Shown piece by piece: positions 9,690-21,000 of a stretch of 64,000 nucleotides of DNA; position 1 is the first letter of the stretch; each line of letters starts with the position of its first letter. The stretch is from Eledone cirrhosa. Taxonomy: Eukaryota. A program made the position numbers and the translations under genes. The notes beneath the pieces are model-generated. The model did no database searches. It saw only the letters and a list, made by a program, of their open reading frames with translations, and was not told where the DNA came from. The stretch covers positions 5,828,001 to 5,892,000 of the forward strand of contig OZ024745.1 in assembly GCA_964016885.1 (NCBI GenBank), read 5' to 3'.

Positions 9690-12600
9690 TGGATTTGTTC
9701 CTAGTTTGAGGTGGTGGGTGGTCTAGTGTCGTGGGTTTGTTCCTGGTTTGAGATGGTGGATGGTCTAGTGTCGTGGGTTTGTTCCTGGTTTGAGGTGGTC
9801 GTTGGTCTAGTGTCGTGGGTTTGTTCCTGGTTTGACGTGGTGGATGGTCTAGTGTCGTGGGTTTGTTCCTGGTTTGAGGTGGTGGATGGTCTAGTGTCGT
9901 GGGTTTGTTCCTGGTTTGAGGTGGTGGGTGGTCTAGTGTCGTGGGTTTTTTCCTGGTTTGAGGTGGTGGGTGGTCTAGTGTCGTGGGTTTGATTCCTGGT
10001 TTGAGGTGGTGGATGGTCTAGTGTCGTGGGTTTGATTCCTGGGTTGCGGTGGTGGGTGGTCTAGTGTCGTGGGTTTGATTCCTGGGTTGGGGTGGTGGGT
10101 GGTCTAGTGTCGTGGGTTTGTTCTTGGTTTGAGGTGGTGGATAGTCTAGTGTCATGGGTTTGTTCCTGGTTTGAGGTGGTGGATGGTCTAGTGTCGTGGG
10201 TTTGTTCCTGGGTTTGAGGTGGTGGGTGGTCTAGTGTCGTGGGTTTGTTCCTGGTTTGAGGGGGTGGATGGTCTAGTGTCGTGGGTTTGTTCCTGGTTTG
10301 AGGTGGTGGATGGTCTAGTGTCGTGGGTTTGTTCCTGGTTTGAGGTGGTGGATGGTCTAGTGTCGTGGGTTTGTTCCTGGTTTGAGGTGGTGGGTGGTCT
10401 AGTGTCGTGGGTTTTTTCCTGGTTTGAGGTGGTGGGTGGTCTAGTGTCGTGGGTTTGATTCCTGGTTTGAGGTGGTGGATGGTCTAGTGTCGTGGGTTTG
10501 TTCCTGGTTTGAGGAGGTGGATAGTCTAGTGTCGTGGGTTTGTTCCTGGTTTGAGGTGGTGGATGGTCTAGTGTCGTGGGTTTGTTCCTGGGTTTGAGGT
10601 GGTGGGTGGTCTAGTGTCGTGGGTTTGTTCCTGGTTTGAAGTGGTGGGTGGTCTAGTGTCGTGGGTTTTCTCCTGGTTTGAGGTGGTGGGTGGTCTAGTG
10701 TCGTGGGTTTGTTCCTGGTTTGAGGTGGTGGGTGGTCTAGTGTCGTGGGTTTGATTCCTGTTTTGAGGTGGTGGATGGTCTAGTGTCGTGGGTTTGATTC
10801 CTGGCTTGGGGTGGTGGGTGGTCTAGTGTCGTGGGTTTGATTCCTGTTTTGAGGTGGTGGATGGTCTAGTGTCGTGGGTTTGATTCCTGGCTTGGGGTGG
10901 TGGGTGGTCTAGTATCGTGGGTTTGATTCCTGGGTTGGGGTGGTGGGTGGTCTAGTGTCGTGGGTTTGATTCCTGGGTTGGGGTGGTGGGTGGTCTAGTG
11001 TCGTGGGGTTGATTCCTGGTTTGAGAAGGTGGGTGGTCTAGTGTCGTGGGGTTGATTCCTGGTTTCAGGTGGTGGGTGATCTAGTGTCGTGGGTTTGATT
11101 ACTGGCTTGGGGTGGTGGGTGGTCTAGTGTCGTGGGTTGGATTCCTGGGTTGGGGTGGTGGGTGGTCTAGTGTCGTGGGGTTGATTCCTGGTTTGAGGTG
11201 GTGGGTGGTCTAGTGTCGTGGGGTTGATTCCTGGGTTGGGGTGGTGGGTGGTCTAGTGTCGTGGGTTTGATTCCTATCTTGGGGTGGTGGGTGGTCTAGT
11301 GTCGTGGGTTTGATTCCTGGGTCGGTGTGGTGGGTGGTCTAGTGTCGTGTGTTTGATTCCTGGGTTGGGGTGGTGGGTGGTCTAGTGTCGTGGGTTTGAT
11401 TCCTGTGTTGGGGTGGTGGGTGGTCTAGTGTCGTGGGGTTGATTCCTGGGTTGGGGTGGTGGGTGGTCTATTATGGTGGGTTTGATTCCTGGTTTGAGGT
11501 GGTGGATGGTCTAGTGTCGTGGGTTTGTTCCTGGTTTGAGGTGGTGGATGGTCTAGTGTCGTGGGTTTGTTCCTGGTTTGAGGTGGTGGATGGTCTAGTG
11601 TCGTGGATTTGTTCCTGGTTTGAGGTGGTGGGTGGTCTAGTGTCGTGGGTTTGTTCCTGGTTTGAGGTGGTGGATGGTCTAGTGTCGTGGGTTTGTTCCT
11701 GGTTTGAGGTGGTGGATGGTCTAGTGTCGTGGGTTTGTTCCTGGTTTGACGTGGTGGATGGTCTAGTGTCGTGGGTTTGTTCCTGGTTTGAGGTGGTGGA
11801 TGGTCTAGTGTCGTGGGTTTGTTCCTGGTTTGAGGTGGTGGGTTGTCTAGTGTCGTGGGTTTTTTCCTGGTTTGAGGTGGTGGGTGGTCTAGTGTCGTGG
11901 GTTTGATTCCTGGTTTGAGGTGGTGGATGGTCTAGTGTCGTGGGTTTGATTCCTGGGTTGGGGTGGTGGGTGGTCTAGTGTCGTGGGTTTGATTCCTGGG
12001 TTGGGGTGGTGGGTGGTCTAGTGTCGTGGGTTTGTTCTTGGTTTGAGGTGGTGGATAGTCTAGTGTCGTGGGTTTGTTCCTGGTTTGAGGTGGTGGATGG
12101 TCTAGTGTCGTGGGTTTGTTCCTAGGTTTGAGGTGGTGGGTGGTCTAGTAACGTGGGTTTGTTCCTGGTTTGAGGTGGTGGGTGGTCTAGTGTCGTAGGT
12201 TTTTTCCTGGTTTGAGGTGGTGGATGGTCTAGTGTCGTGGATTTGTTCCTAGTTTGAGGTGGTGGGTGGTCTAGTGTCGTGGGTTTGTTCCTGGTTTGAG
12301 ATGGTGGATGGTCTAGTGTCGTGGCTTTGTTCCTGGTTTGAGGTGGTCGTTGGTCTAGTGTCGTGGGTTTGTTCCTGGTTTGACGTGGTGGATGGTCTAG
12401 TGTCGTGGGTTTGTTCCTGGTTTGAGGTGGTGGATGGTCTAGTGTCGTGGGTTTGTTCCTGGTTTGAGGTGGTGGGTGGTCTAGTGTCGTGGGTTTTTTC
12501 CTGGTTTGAGGTGGTGGGTGGTCTAGTGTCGTGGGTTTGATTCCTGGTTTGAGGTGGTGGATGGTCTAGTGTCGTGGGTTTGATTCCTGGGTTGCGGTGG

Positions 12601-14785
12601 TGGGTGGTCTAGTGTCGTGGGTTTGATTCCTGGGTTGAGGTGGTGGGTGGTCTAGTGTCGTGGGTTTGTTCTTGGTTTGAGGTGGTGGATAGTCTAGTGT
12701 CATGGGTTTGTTCCTGGTTTGAGGTGGTGGATGGTCTAGTGTCGTGGGTTTGTTCCTGGGTTTGAGGTGGTGGGTGGTCTAGTGTCGTGGGTTTGTTCCT
12801 GGTTTGAGGGGGTGGATGGTCTAGTGTCGTGGGTTTGTTCCTGGTTTGAGGTGGTGGATGGTCTAGTGTCGTGGGTTTGTTCCTGGTTTGAGGTGGTGGA
12901 TGGTTTAGTGTCGTGGGTTTGTTCCTGGTTTGAGGTGGTGGGTGGTCTAGTGTCGTGGGTTTTTTCCTGGTTTGAGGTGGTGGGTGGTCTAGTGTCGTGG
13001 GTTTGATTCCTGGTTTGAGGTGGTGGATGGTCTAGTGTCGTGGGTTTGTTCCTGGTTTGAGGAGGTGGATAGTCTAGTGTCGTGGGTTTGTTCCTGGTTT
13101 GAGGTGGTGGATGGTCTAGTGTCGTGGGTTTGTTCCTGGGTTTGAGGTGGTGGGTGGTCTAGTGTCGTGGGTTTGTTCCTGGTTTGAAGTGGTGGGTGGT
13201 CTAGTGTCGTGGGTTTTCTCCTGGTTTGAGGTGGTGGGTGGTCTAGTGTCGTGGGTTTGTTCCTGGTTTGAGGTGGTGGGTGGTCTAGTGTCGTGGGTTT
13301 GATTCCTGTTTTGAGGTGGTGGATGGTCTAGTGTCGTGGGTTTGATTCCTGGCTTGGGGTGGTGGGTGGTCTAGTGTCGTGGGTTTGATTCCTGTTTTGA
13401 GGTGGTGGATGGTCTAGTGTCGTGGGTTTGATTCCTGGCTTGGGGTGGTGGGTGGTCTAGTATCGTGGGTTTGATTCCTGGGTTGGGGTGGTGGGTGGTC
13501 TAGTGTCGTGGGTTTGATTCCTGGGTTGGGGTGGTGGGTGGTCTAGTGTCGTGGGGTTGATTCCTGGTTTGAGAAGGTGGGTGGTCTAGTGTCGTGGGGT
13601 TGATTCCTGGTTTCAGGTGGTGGGTGATCTAGTGTCGTGGGTTTGATTACTGGCTTGGGGTGGTGGGTGGTCTAGTGTCGTGGGTTGGATTCCTGGGTTG
13701 GGGTGGTGGGTGGTCTAGTGTCGTGGGGTTGATTCCTGGTTTGAGGTGGTGGGTGGTCTAGTGTCGTGGGGTTGATTCCTGGGTTGGGGTGGTGGGTGGT
13801 CTAGTGTCGTGGGTTTGATTCCTATCTTGGGGTGGTGGGTGGTCTAGTGTCGTGGGTTTGATTCCTGGGTCGGTGTGGTGGGTGGTCTAGTGTCGTGTGT
13901 TTGATTCCTGGGTTGGGGTGGTGGGTGGTCTAGTGTCGTGGGTTTGATTCCTGTGTTGGGGTGGTGGGTGGTCTAGTGTCGTGGGGTTGATTCCTGGGTT
14001 GGGGTGGTGGGTGGTCTATTATGGTGGGTTTGATTCCTGGTTTGAGGTGGTGGATGGTCTAGTGTCGTGGGTTTGTTCCTGGTTTGAGGTGGTGGATGGT
14101 CTAGTGTCGTGGGTTTGTTCCTGGTTTGAGGTGGTGGATGGTCTAGTGTCGTGGATTTGTTCCTGGTTTGAGGTGGTGGGTGGTCTAGTGTCGTGGGTTT
14201 GTTCCTGGTTTGAGGTGGTGGATGGTCTAGTGTCGTGGGTTTGTTCCTGGTTTGAGGTGGTGGATGGTCTAGTGTCGTGGGTTTGTTCCTGGTTTGACGT
14301 GGTGGATGGTCTAGTGTCGTGGGTTTGTTCCTGGTTTGAGGTGGTGGATGGTCTAGTGTCGTGGGTTTGTTCCTGGTTTGAGGTGGTGGGTTGTCTAGTG
14401 TCGTGGGTTTTTTCCTGGTTTGAGGTGGTGGGTGGTCTAGTGTCGTGGGTTTGATTCCTGGTTTGAGGTGGTGGATGGTCTAGTGTCGTGGGTTTGATTC
14501 CTGGGTTGGGGTGGTGGGTGGTCTAGTGTCGTGGGTTTGATTCCTGGGTTGGGGTGGTGGGTGGTCTAGTGTCGTGGGTTTGTTCTTGGTTTGAGGTGGT
14601 GGATAGTCTAGTGTCGTGGGTTTGTTCCTGGTTTGAGGTGGTGGATGGTCTAGTGTCGTGGGTTTGTTCCTAGGTTTGAGGTGGTGGGTGGTCTAGTAAC
14701 GTGGGTTTGTTCCTGGTTTGAGGTGGTGGGTGGTCTAGTGTCGTAGGTTTTTTCCTGGTTTGAGGTGGTGGATGGTCTAGTGTCG
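9690..14785 (+). repeat. Recent tandem duplication, unit 2548 bp
   Basis: ORF pairs 9711/12259, 10219/12767 and 11433/13981 are all offset by 2548. Shared private variants: GGTCGTTGG, TATTATGGTGGG, GGTTGCGG and GTCGGTGTGG. Confidence 0.92.
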
Positions 14786-15049
14786 TGGGTTTGTTCCTGG
14801 TTTGAGGTGGTGGGTGGTCTAGTGTCGTGGGTTTGATTCCTGTTTTGAGGTGGTGGGTGGTCTAGTGTCGTGGGTTTGTTCCTGGTTTGAGGTGGTGGAT
14901 GGTCTAGTGTCGTGGGTTTGTTCCTGGTTTGAGGTGGTGGATGGTCTAGTGTCGTGGGTTTGATTCCTGGGTTGGGGTGGTGGGTGGTCTAGTGTCGTGG
15001 GTTTGATTCCTTGGTTGGGGTGGTGGATGGTCTAGTGTCGTGGGTTTGT

Positions 15050-18000
15050 TCCTGGTTTGAGGTGGTGGATGGTCTAGTGTCGTGGGTTTGATTCCTGGGT
15101 TGGGGTGGTGGGTGGTCTAGTGTCGTGGGTTTGATTCCTGGGTTGGGGTGGTGGCTGGTCTAGTGTCGTGGGTTTGTTCCTGGTTTGAGGTGGTGGGTGG
15201 TCTAGTGTCGTGGGTTTGATTCCTGGGTTGGGGTGGTGGCTGGTCTAATGTCGTGGGGTTGATTCCTGGTTTGAGGTGGTGGGTGGTCTAGTGTCGTGGG
15301 TTTGATTCATGGGTTGGGGTGGTGGGTGGTCTAGTGTCATGGGGTTGCTTCCTAGGTCCTAGGTTGGGGTGGTGGGTGGTCTTGTGTCGTGGGGTTGATT
15401 CATGGGTTGGGGTGGTGGGTGGTCTAGTGTCGTGGGGTTGATTCCCGGGTTGGGGTGGTGGGTGATCTAGTGTCGTTGGTTTGATTCTTGGGTTGAGGTG
15501 GTGGGTGGTCTAGTGTCGTGGGTTTGATTCCTGATTTGAGGTGGTGGGTGGTCTAGTGTCGTGGGGTTGATTCCTGGTTTGAGAAGGTGGGTGGTCTAGT
15601 GTCGCGGCGTTGATTCCTGGTTTCAGGTGGTGGGTGATCTAGTGTCGTGGGTTTGATTACTGGCTTGGGGTGGTGGGTGGTCTAGTGTCGTGGGTTGGAT
15701 TCCTGGGTTGGGGTGGTGGGTGGTCTAGTGTCGTGGGGTTGATTCCTGGTTTGAGGTGGTGGGTGGTCTAGTGTCGTGGGGTTGACTCCTGGGTTGGGGT
15801 GGTGGGTAGTCTAGTGTCGTGGGTTTGATTCCTGGTTTGAGGTGGTGGGTGGTCTAGTGTCGTGGGGTTGATTCCTGGTTTGAGGTGGTGGGTGATCTAG
15901 TGTCGTGGGTTTGATTCCTATCTTGGGGTGGTGTGTGGTCTAGTGTCGTGGGTTTGATTCCTGGGTCGGGGTGGTGGGTGGTCTAGTGTCGTGGGTTTGA
16001 TTCCTGGGTTGGGGTGGTGGGTGGTCTAGTGTCGTGGGTTTGATTCCTGTGTTGGGGTGGTGGGTGGTCTAGTGTCGTGGGGTTGATTCCTGAGTTGGGG
16101 TGGTGGGTGGTCTATTATCGTGGGTTTGATTCCTGGTTTGAGGTGGTGGATGGTCTAGTGTCGTGGGTTTGTTCCTGGTTTGAGGTGGTGGATGGTCTAG
16201 TGTCGTGGGTTTGTTCCTGGTTTGAGGTGGTGGATGGTCTAGTGTCGTGGATTTGTTCCTGGTTTGAGGTGGTGGGTGGTCTAGTGTCGTGGGTTTGTTC
16301 CTGGTTTGAGATGGTGGATGGTCTAGTGTCGTGGGTTTGTTCCTGGTTTGAGGTGGTGGATGGTCTAGTGTCGTAGGTTTGTTCCTGGTTTGACGTGGTG
16401 GATGGTCTAGTGTCGTGGGTTTGTTCCTGGTTTGAGGTGGTGGATGGTCTAGTGTCGTGGGTTTGTTCCTGGTTTGAGGTGGTGGGTGGTCTAGTGTCGT
16501 GGGTTTTTTCCTGGTTTGAGGTGGTGGGTGGTCTAGTGTCGTGGGTTTGATTTCTGGTTTGAGGTGGTGGATGGTCTAGTGTCGTGGGTTTGATTCCTGG
16601 GTTGGGGTGGTGGGTGGTCTAGTGTCCTGGGTTTGATTCCTGGGTTGGGGTGGTGGGTGGTCTAGTGTCGTGGGTTTGTTCTTGGTTTGAGGTGGTGGAT
16701 AGTTTAGTGTCGTGGGTTTGTTCCTGGTTTGAGGTGGTGGATGGTCTAGTGTCGTGGGTTTGTTCCTGGGTTTGAGGTGGTGGGTGGTCTAGTAACGTGG
16801 GTTTGTTCCTGGTTTGAGGTGGTGGGTGGTCTAGTGTCGTAGGTTTTTTCCTGGTTTGAGGTGGTGGATGGTCTAGTGTCGTGGGTTTGTTCCTGGTTTG
16901 AGGTGGTGGGTGGTCTAGTGTCGTGGGTTTGATTCCTGTTTTGAGGTGGTGGATGGTCTAGTGTCGTGGGTTTGATTCCTGGGTTGGGGTGGTGGGTGGT
17001 CTAGTGTCGTGGGTTTGATTCCTGGATTGGGGTGGTGGCTGGTCTAGTGTCGTGGGTTTGTTCCTGGTTTGAGGTGGTGGGTGGTCTAGTGTCGTGGGTT
17101 TGATTCCTGGGTTGGGGTGGTGGCTGGTCTAATGTCGTGGGGTTGATTCCTGGTTTGAGGTGGTGGGTGGTCTAGTGTCGTGGGTTTGATTCCTGGGTTG
17201 GGGTGGTGGGTGGTCTAGTGTCGTGGGTTTGATTCCTGGGTTGGGGTGGTGGCTGGTCTAGTGTCGTGGGTTTGTTCCTGGTTTGAGGTGGTGGGTGGTC
17301 TAGTGTCGTGGGTTTGATTCCTGGGTTGGGGTGGTGGCTGGTCTAATGTCGTGGGGTTGATTCCTGGTTTGAGGTGGTGGGTGGTCTAGTGTCGTGGGTT
17401 TGATTCCTGGGTTGGGGTGGTGGCTGGTCTAATGTCGTGGGGTTGATTCCTGGTTTGAGGTGGTGGGTGGTCTAGTGTCGTGGGTTTGATTCCTGGGTTG
17501 GGGTGGTGGGTCGTCTAGTGTCGTGGGTTTGATTCCTGGTTTGAGGTGGTGGATGGTCTAGTGTCGTGGGTTTGTTCCTGGTTTGAGGTGGTGGATGGTC
17601 AAGTGTCGTGGGTTTGTTCCTGGTTTGAGGTGGTGAATGGTCTAGTGTCGTGGGTTTGTTCCTGGTTTGAGGTGGTGGATGGTCTAGTGTCGTGGGTTTG
17701 TTCCTGGTTTGAGGTGGTGGGTGGTCTAGTGTCGTGGGTTTGTTCCTGGATTGAGGTGGTGGATGGTCTAGTGTCGTGGGTTTGTTCCTGATTTGAGGGG
17801 GTGGATGGTCTAGTGTCGTGGGTTTGTTCCTGGTTTGAGGTGGTGGATGGTCTAGTGTCGTGGGTTTGTTCCTGGTTTGAGGTGGTGGATGGTCTAGTGT
17901 CGTGGGTTTGTTCCTGGTTTGAGGTGGTGGGTGGTCTAGTGTCGTGGGTTTTTTCCTGGTTTGAGGTGGTGGGTGGTCTAGTGTCGTGGGTTTGATTCCT

Positions 18001-21000
18001 GGTTTGAGGAGGTGGATGGTCTAGTGTCGTGGGTTTGTTCCTGGTTTGAGGAGTTGGATAGTCTAGTGTCGTGGGTTTGTTCCTGGTTTGAGGTGGTGGA
18101 TGGTCTAGTGTCGTGGGTTTGTTCCTGGGTTTGAGGTGGTGGGTGGTCTAGTGTCGTGGGTTTGTTCCTGGTTTGAAGTGGTGGGTGGTCTAGTGTCGTG
18201 GGTTTTCTACTGGTTTGAGCTGGTGGGTGGTCTAGTGTCGTGGGTTTGTTCCTGGTTTGAGGTGGTGGGTGGTCTAGTGTCGTGGGTTTGATTCCTGTTT
18301 TGAGGTGGTGGATGGTCTAGTGTCGTGGGTTTGATTCCTGGCTTGGGGTGGTGGGTGGTCTAGTGTCGTGGGTTTGATTCCTGGGTTGGGGTGGTGGGTG
18401 GTCTAGTGTCGTGGGTTTGATTCCTGTGTTGGGGTGGTGGGTGGTCTAGTGTCGTGGGGTTGATTCCTGGGTTGGGGTGGTGGGTGGTCTTGTGTCGTGG
18501 GTTTGATTCCTGGTTTGAGGTGGTGGGTGGTCTATTATCGTGGGTTTGATTCATGGTTTGAGGTGGTGGATGGTCTAGTGTCGTGGGTTTGTTCCTGGTT
18601 TGAGGTGGTGGATGGTCTAGTGTCGTGGGTTTGTTCCTGTTTTGAGGTGGTGGATGGTCTAGTGTCGTGGGTTTGTTCCTGGTTTGAGGTGGTGGGTGTC
18701 TAGTGTCGTGGGTTTGTTCCTGGTTTGAGGTGGTGGATGGTCTTGTGTCGTGGGTTTGTTCCTGGTTTGAGGTGGTGGATGGTCTAGTGTCGTGGGTTTG
18801 TTCCTGGTTTGAGGTGGTGGATGGTCTAGTGTCGTGGGTTTGTTCCTGGTTTGAGGTGGTGGGTGGTCTAGTGTCGTGGGTTTTTTCCTGGTTTGAGGTG
18901 GTGGGTGGTCTAGTGTCGTGGGTTTGATTCCTGGTTTGAGGTGGTGGATGGTCTAGTGTCGTGGGTTTGATTCCTGGGTTGGGGTGGTGGGTGGTCTAGT
19001 GTCGTGGGTTTGATTCCTGGGTTGGGGTGGTGGATAGTCTAGTGTCGTGGGTTTGTTCCTGGTTTGAGGTGGTGGATGGTCTAGTGTCGTGGGTTTGTTC
19101 CTGGGTTTGAGGTGGTGGGTGGTCTAGTGTCGTGGGTTTGTTCCTGGTTTGAGGTGGTGGGTGGTCTAGTGTCGTGGGTTTGATTCCTGGTTTGAGGTGG
19201 TGGATGGTCTAGTGTCGTGGGTTTGATTCCTGGGTTGGGGTGGTGGGTGGTCTAGTGTCGTGGGTTTGTTCCTGGTTTGAGGTGGTGGATAGTCTAGTGT
19301 CGTGGGTTTGTTCCTGGTTTGAGGTGGTGGATGGTCTAGTGTCGTGGGTTTGTTCCTGGGTTTGAGGTGGTGGGTGGTCTAGTGTCGTGGGTTTGTCCCT
19401 GGTTTGAGGTGGTGGGTGGTCTAGTGTCGTGGGTTTTTCCTGGTTTGAGGTGGTGGGTGGTCTAGTGTCGTGGGTTTGTTCCTGGTTTGAGGTGGTGGGT
19501 GGTCTAGTGTCGTGGGTTTGATTCCTGTTTTGAGGTGGTGGGTGGTCTAGTGTCGTGGGTTTGATTCCTGGGTTGGGGTGGTGGGTGGTCTAGTGTCGTG
19601 GGTTTGTTCCTGGTTTGAGGTGGTGGATGGTCTAGTGTCGTGGGTTTGATTCCTGGGTTGGGGTGGTGGGTGGTCTAGTGTCGTGGGGTTGATTCCTGGG
19701 TTGGGGTGGTGGGTGGTCTAGTGTCGTGGGTTTGATTCCTGGTTTGAGGTGGTGGGTGGTCTATTATCGTGGGTTTGATTCCTGGTTTGAGGTGGTGGAT
19801 GGTCTAGTGTCGTGGGTTTGTTCCTGTTTTGAGGTGGTGGATGGTCCAGTGTCGTGGGTTTGTTCCTGGTTTGAGGTGGTGGATGGTCTAGTGTCGTGGG
19901 TTTGTTCCTGGTTTGAGGTGGTGGATGGTCTAGTGTCGTGGGTTTGTTCCTGGTTTGAGGTGGTGGGTGGTCTAGTGTCGTGGGTTTGTTCCTGGTTTGA
20001 GGTGGTGGATAGTCTAGTGTCGTGGGTTTGTTCCTGGTTTGAGGTGGTGGATGGTCTAGTGTCGTGGGTTTGTTCCAGGGTTTGAGGTGGTGGGTGGTCT
20101 AGTGTCGTGGGTTTGTTCCTGGTTTGAGGTGGTGGGTGGTCTAGTGTCGTGGGTTTGTTCCTGGTTTGAGCTGGTGGATGGTCTAGTGTCGTGGTTTTGT
20201 TCCTGGTTTGAGGTGGTGGATGGTCTAGTGTCGTGGGTTTGTTCCTGGTTTGAGGTGGTGGATGGTCTAGTGTCGTGGGTTTGTTCCTGGTTTGAGGTGG
20301 TGGATGGTCTAGTGTCGTGGGTTTGTTCCTGGTTTGAGGTGGTGGGTGGTCTAGTGTCGTGGGTTTTTTCTTGGTTTGAGGTGGTGGGTGGTCTAGTGTC
20401 GTGGGTTTGATTCCTGGTTTGAGGTGGTGGATGGTCTAGTGTCATGGGTTTGATTCCTGGGTTGGGGTGGTGGGTGGTCTAGTGTCGTGGGTTTGATTCC
20501 TGGGTTGGGGTGGTGGGTGGTCTAGTGTCGTGGGTTTGTTCCTGGTTTGAGGTGGTGGATGGTCTAGTGTCGTGGGTTTGATTCCTGGGTTGGTGTGGTG
20601 GGTGGTCTAGTGGCGTGGGGTTGATTCCTGGGTTGGGGTGGTGGGTGGTCTAGAGTCGTGGGTTTGATTCCTGGTTTGAGGTGGTGGGTGGTCTATTATC
20701 GTGGGTTTGATTCCTGGTTTGAGGTGGTGGATGGTCTAGTGTCGTGGGTTTGTTCCTGGTTTGAGGTGGTGGATGGTCTAGTGTCGTGGGTTTGTTCCTG
20801 GTTTGAGGTGGTGGATGGTCTAGTGTCGTGGGTTTGTTCCTGGTTTGAGGTGGTGGATGGTCTAGTGTCGTGGGTTTGTTCCAGGGTTTGAGGTGGTGGG
20901 TGGTCTAGTGTCGTGGGTTTGTTCCTGGTTTGAGGTGGTGGATGGTCTAGTGTCGTGGGTTTGTTCCAGGGTTTGAGGTGGTGGGTGGTCTAGTGTCGTG

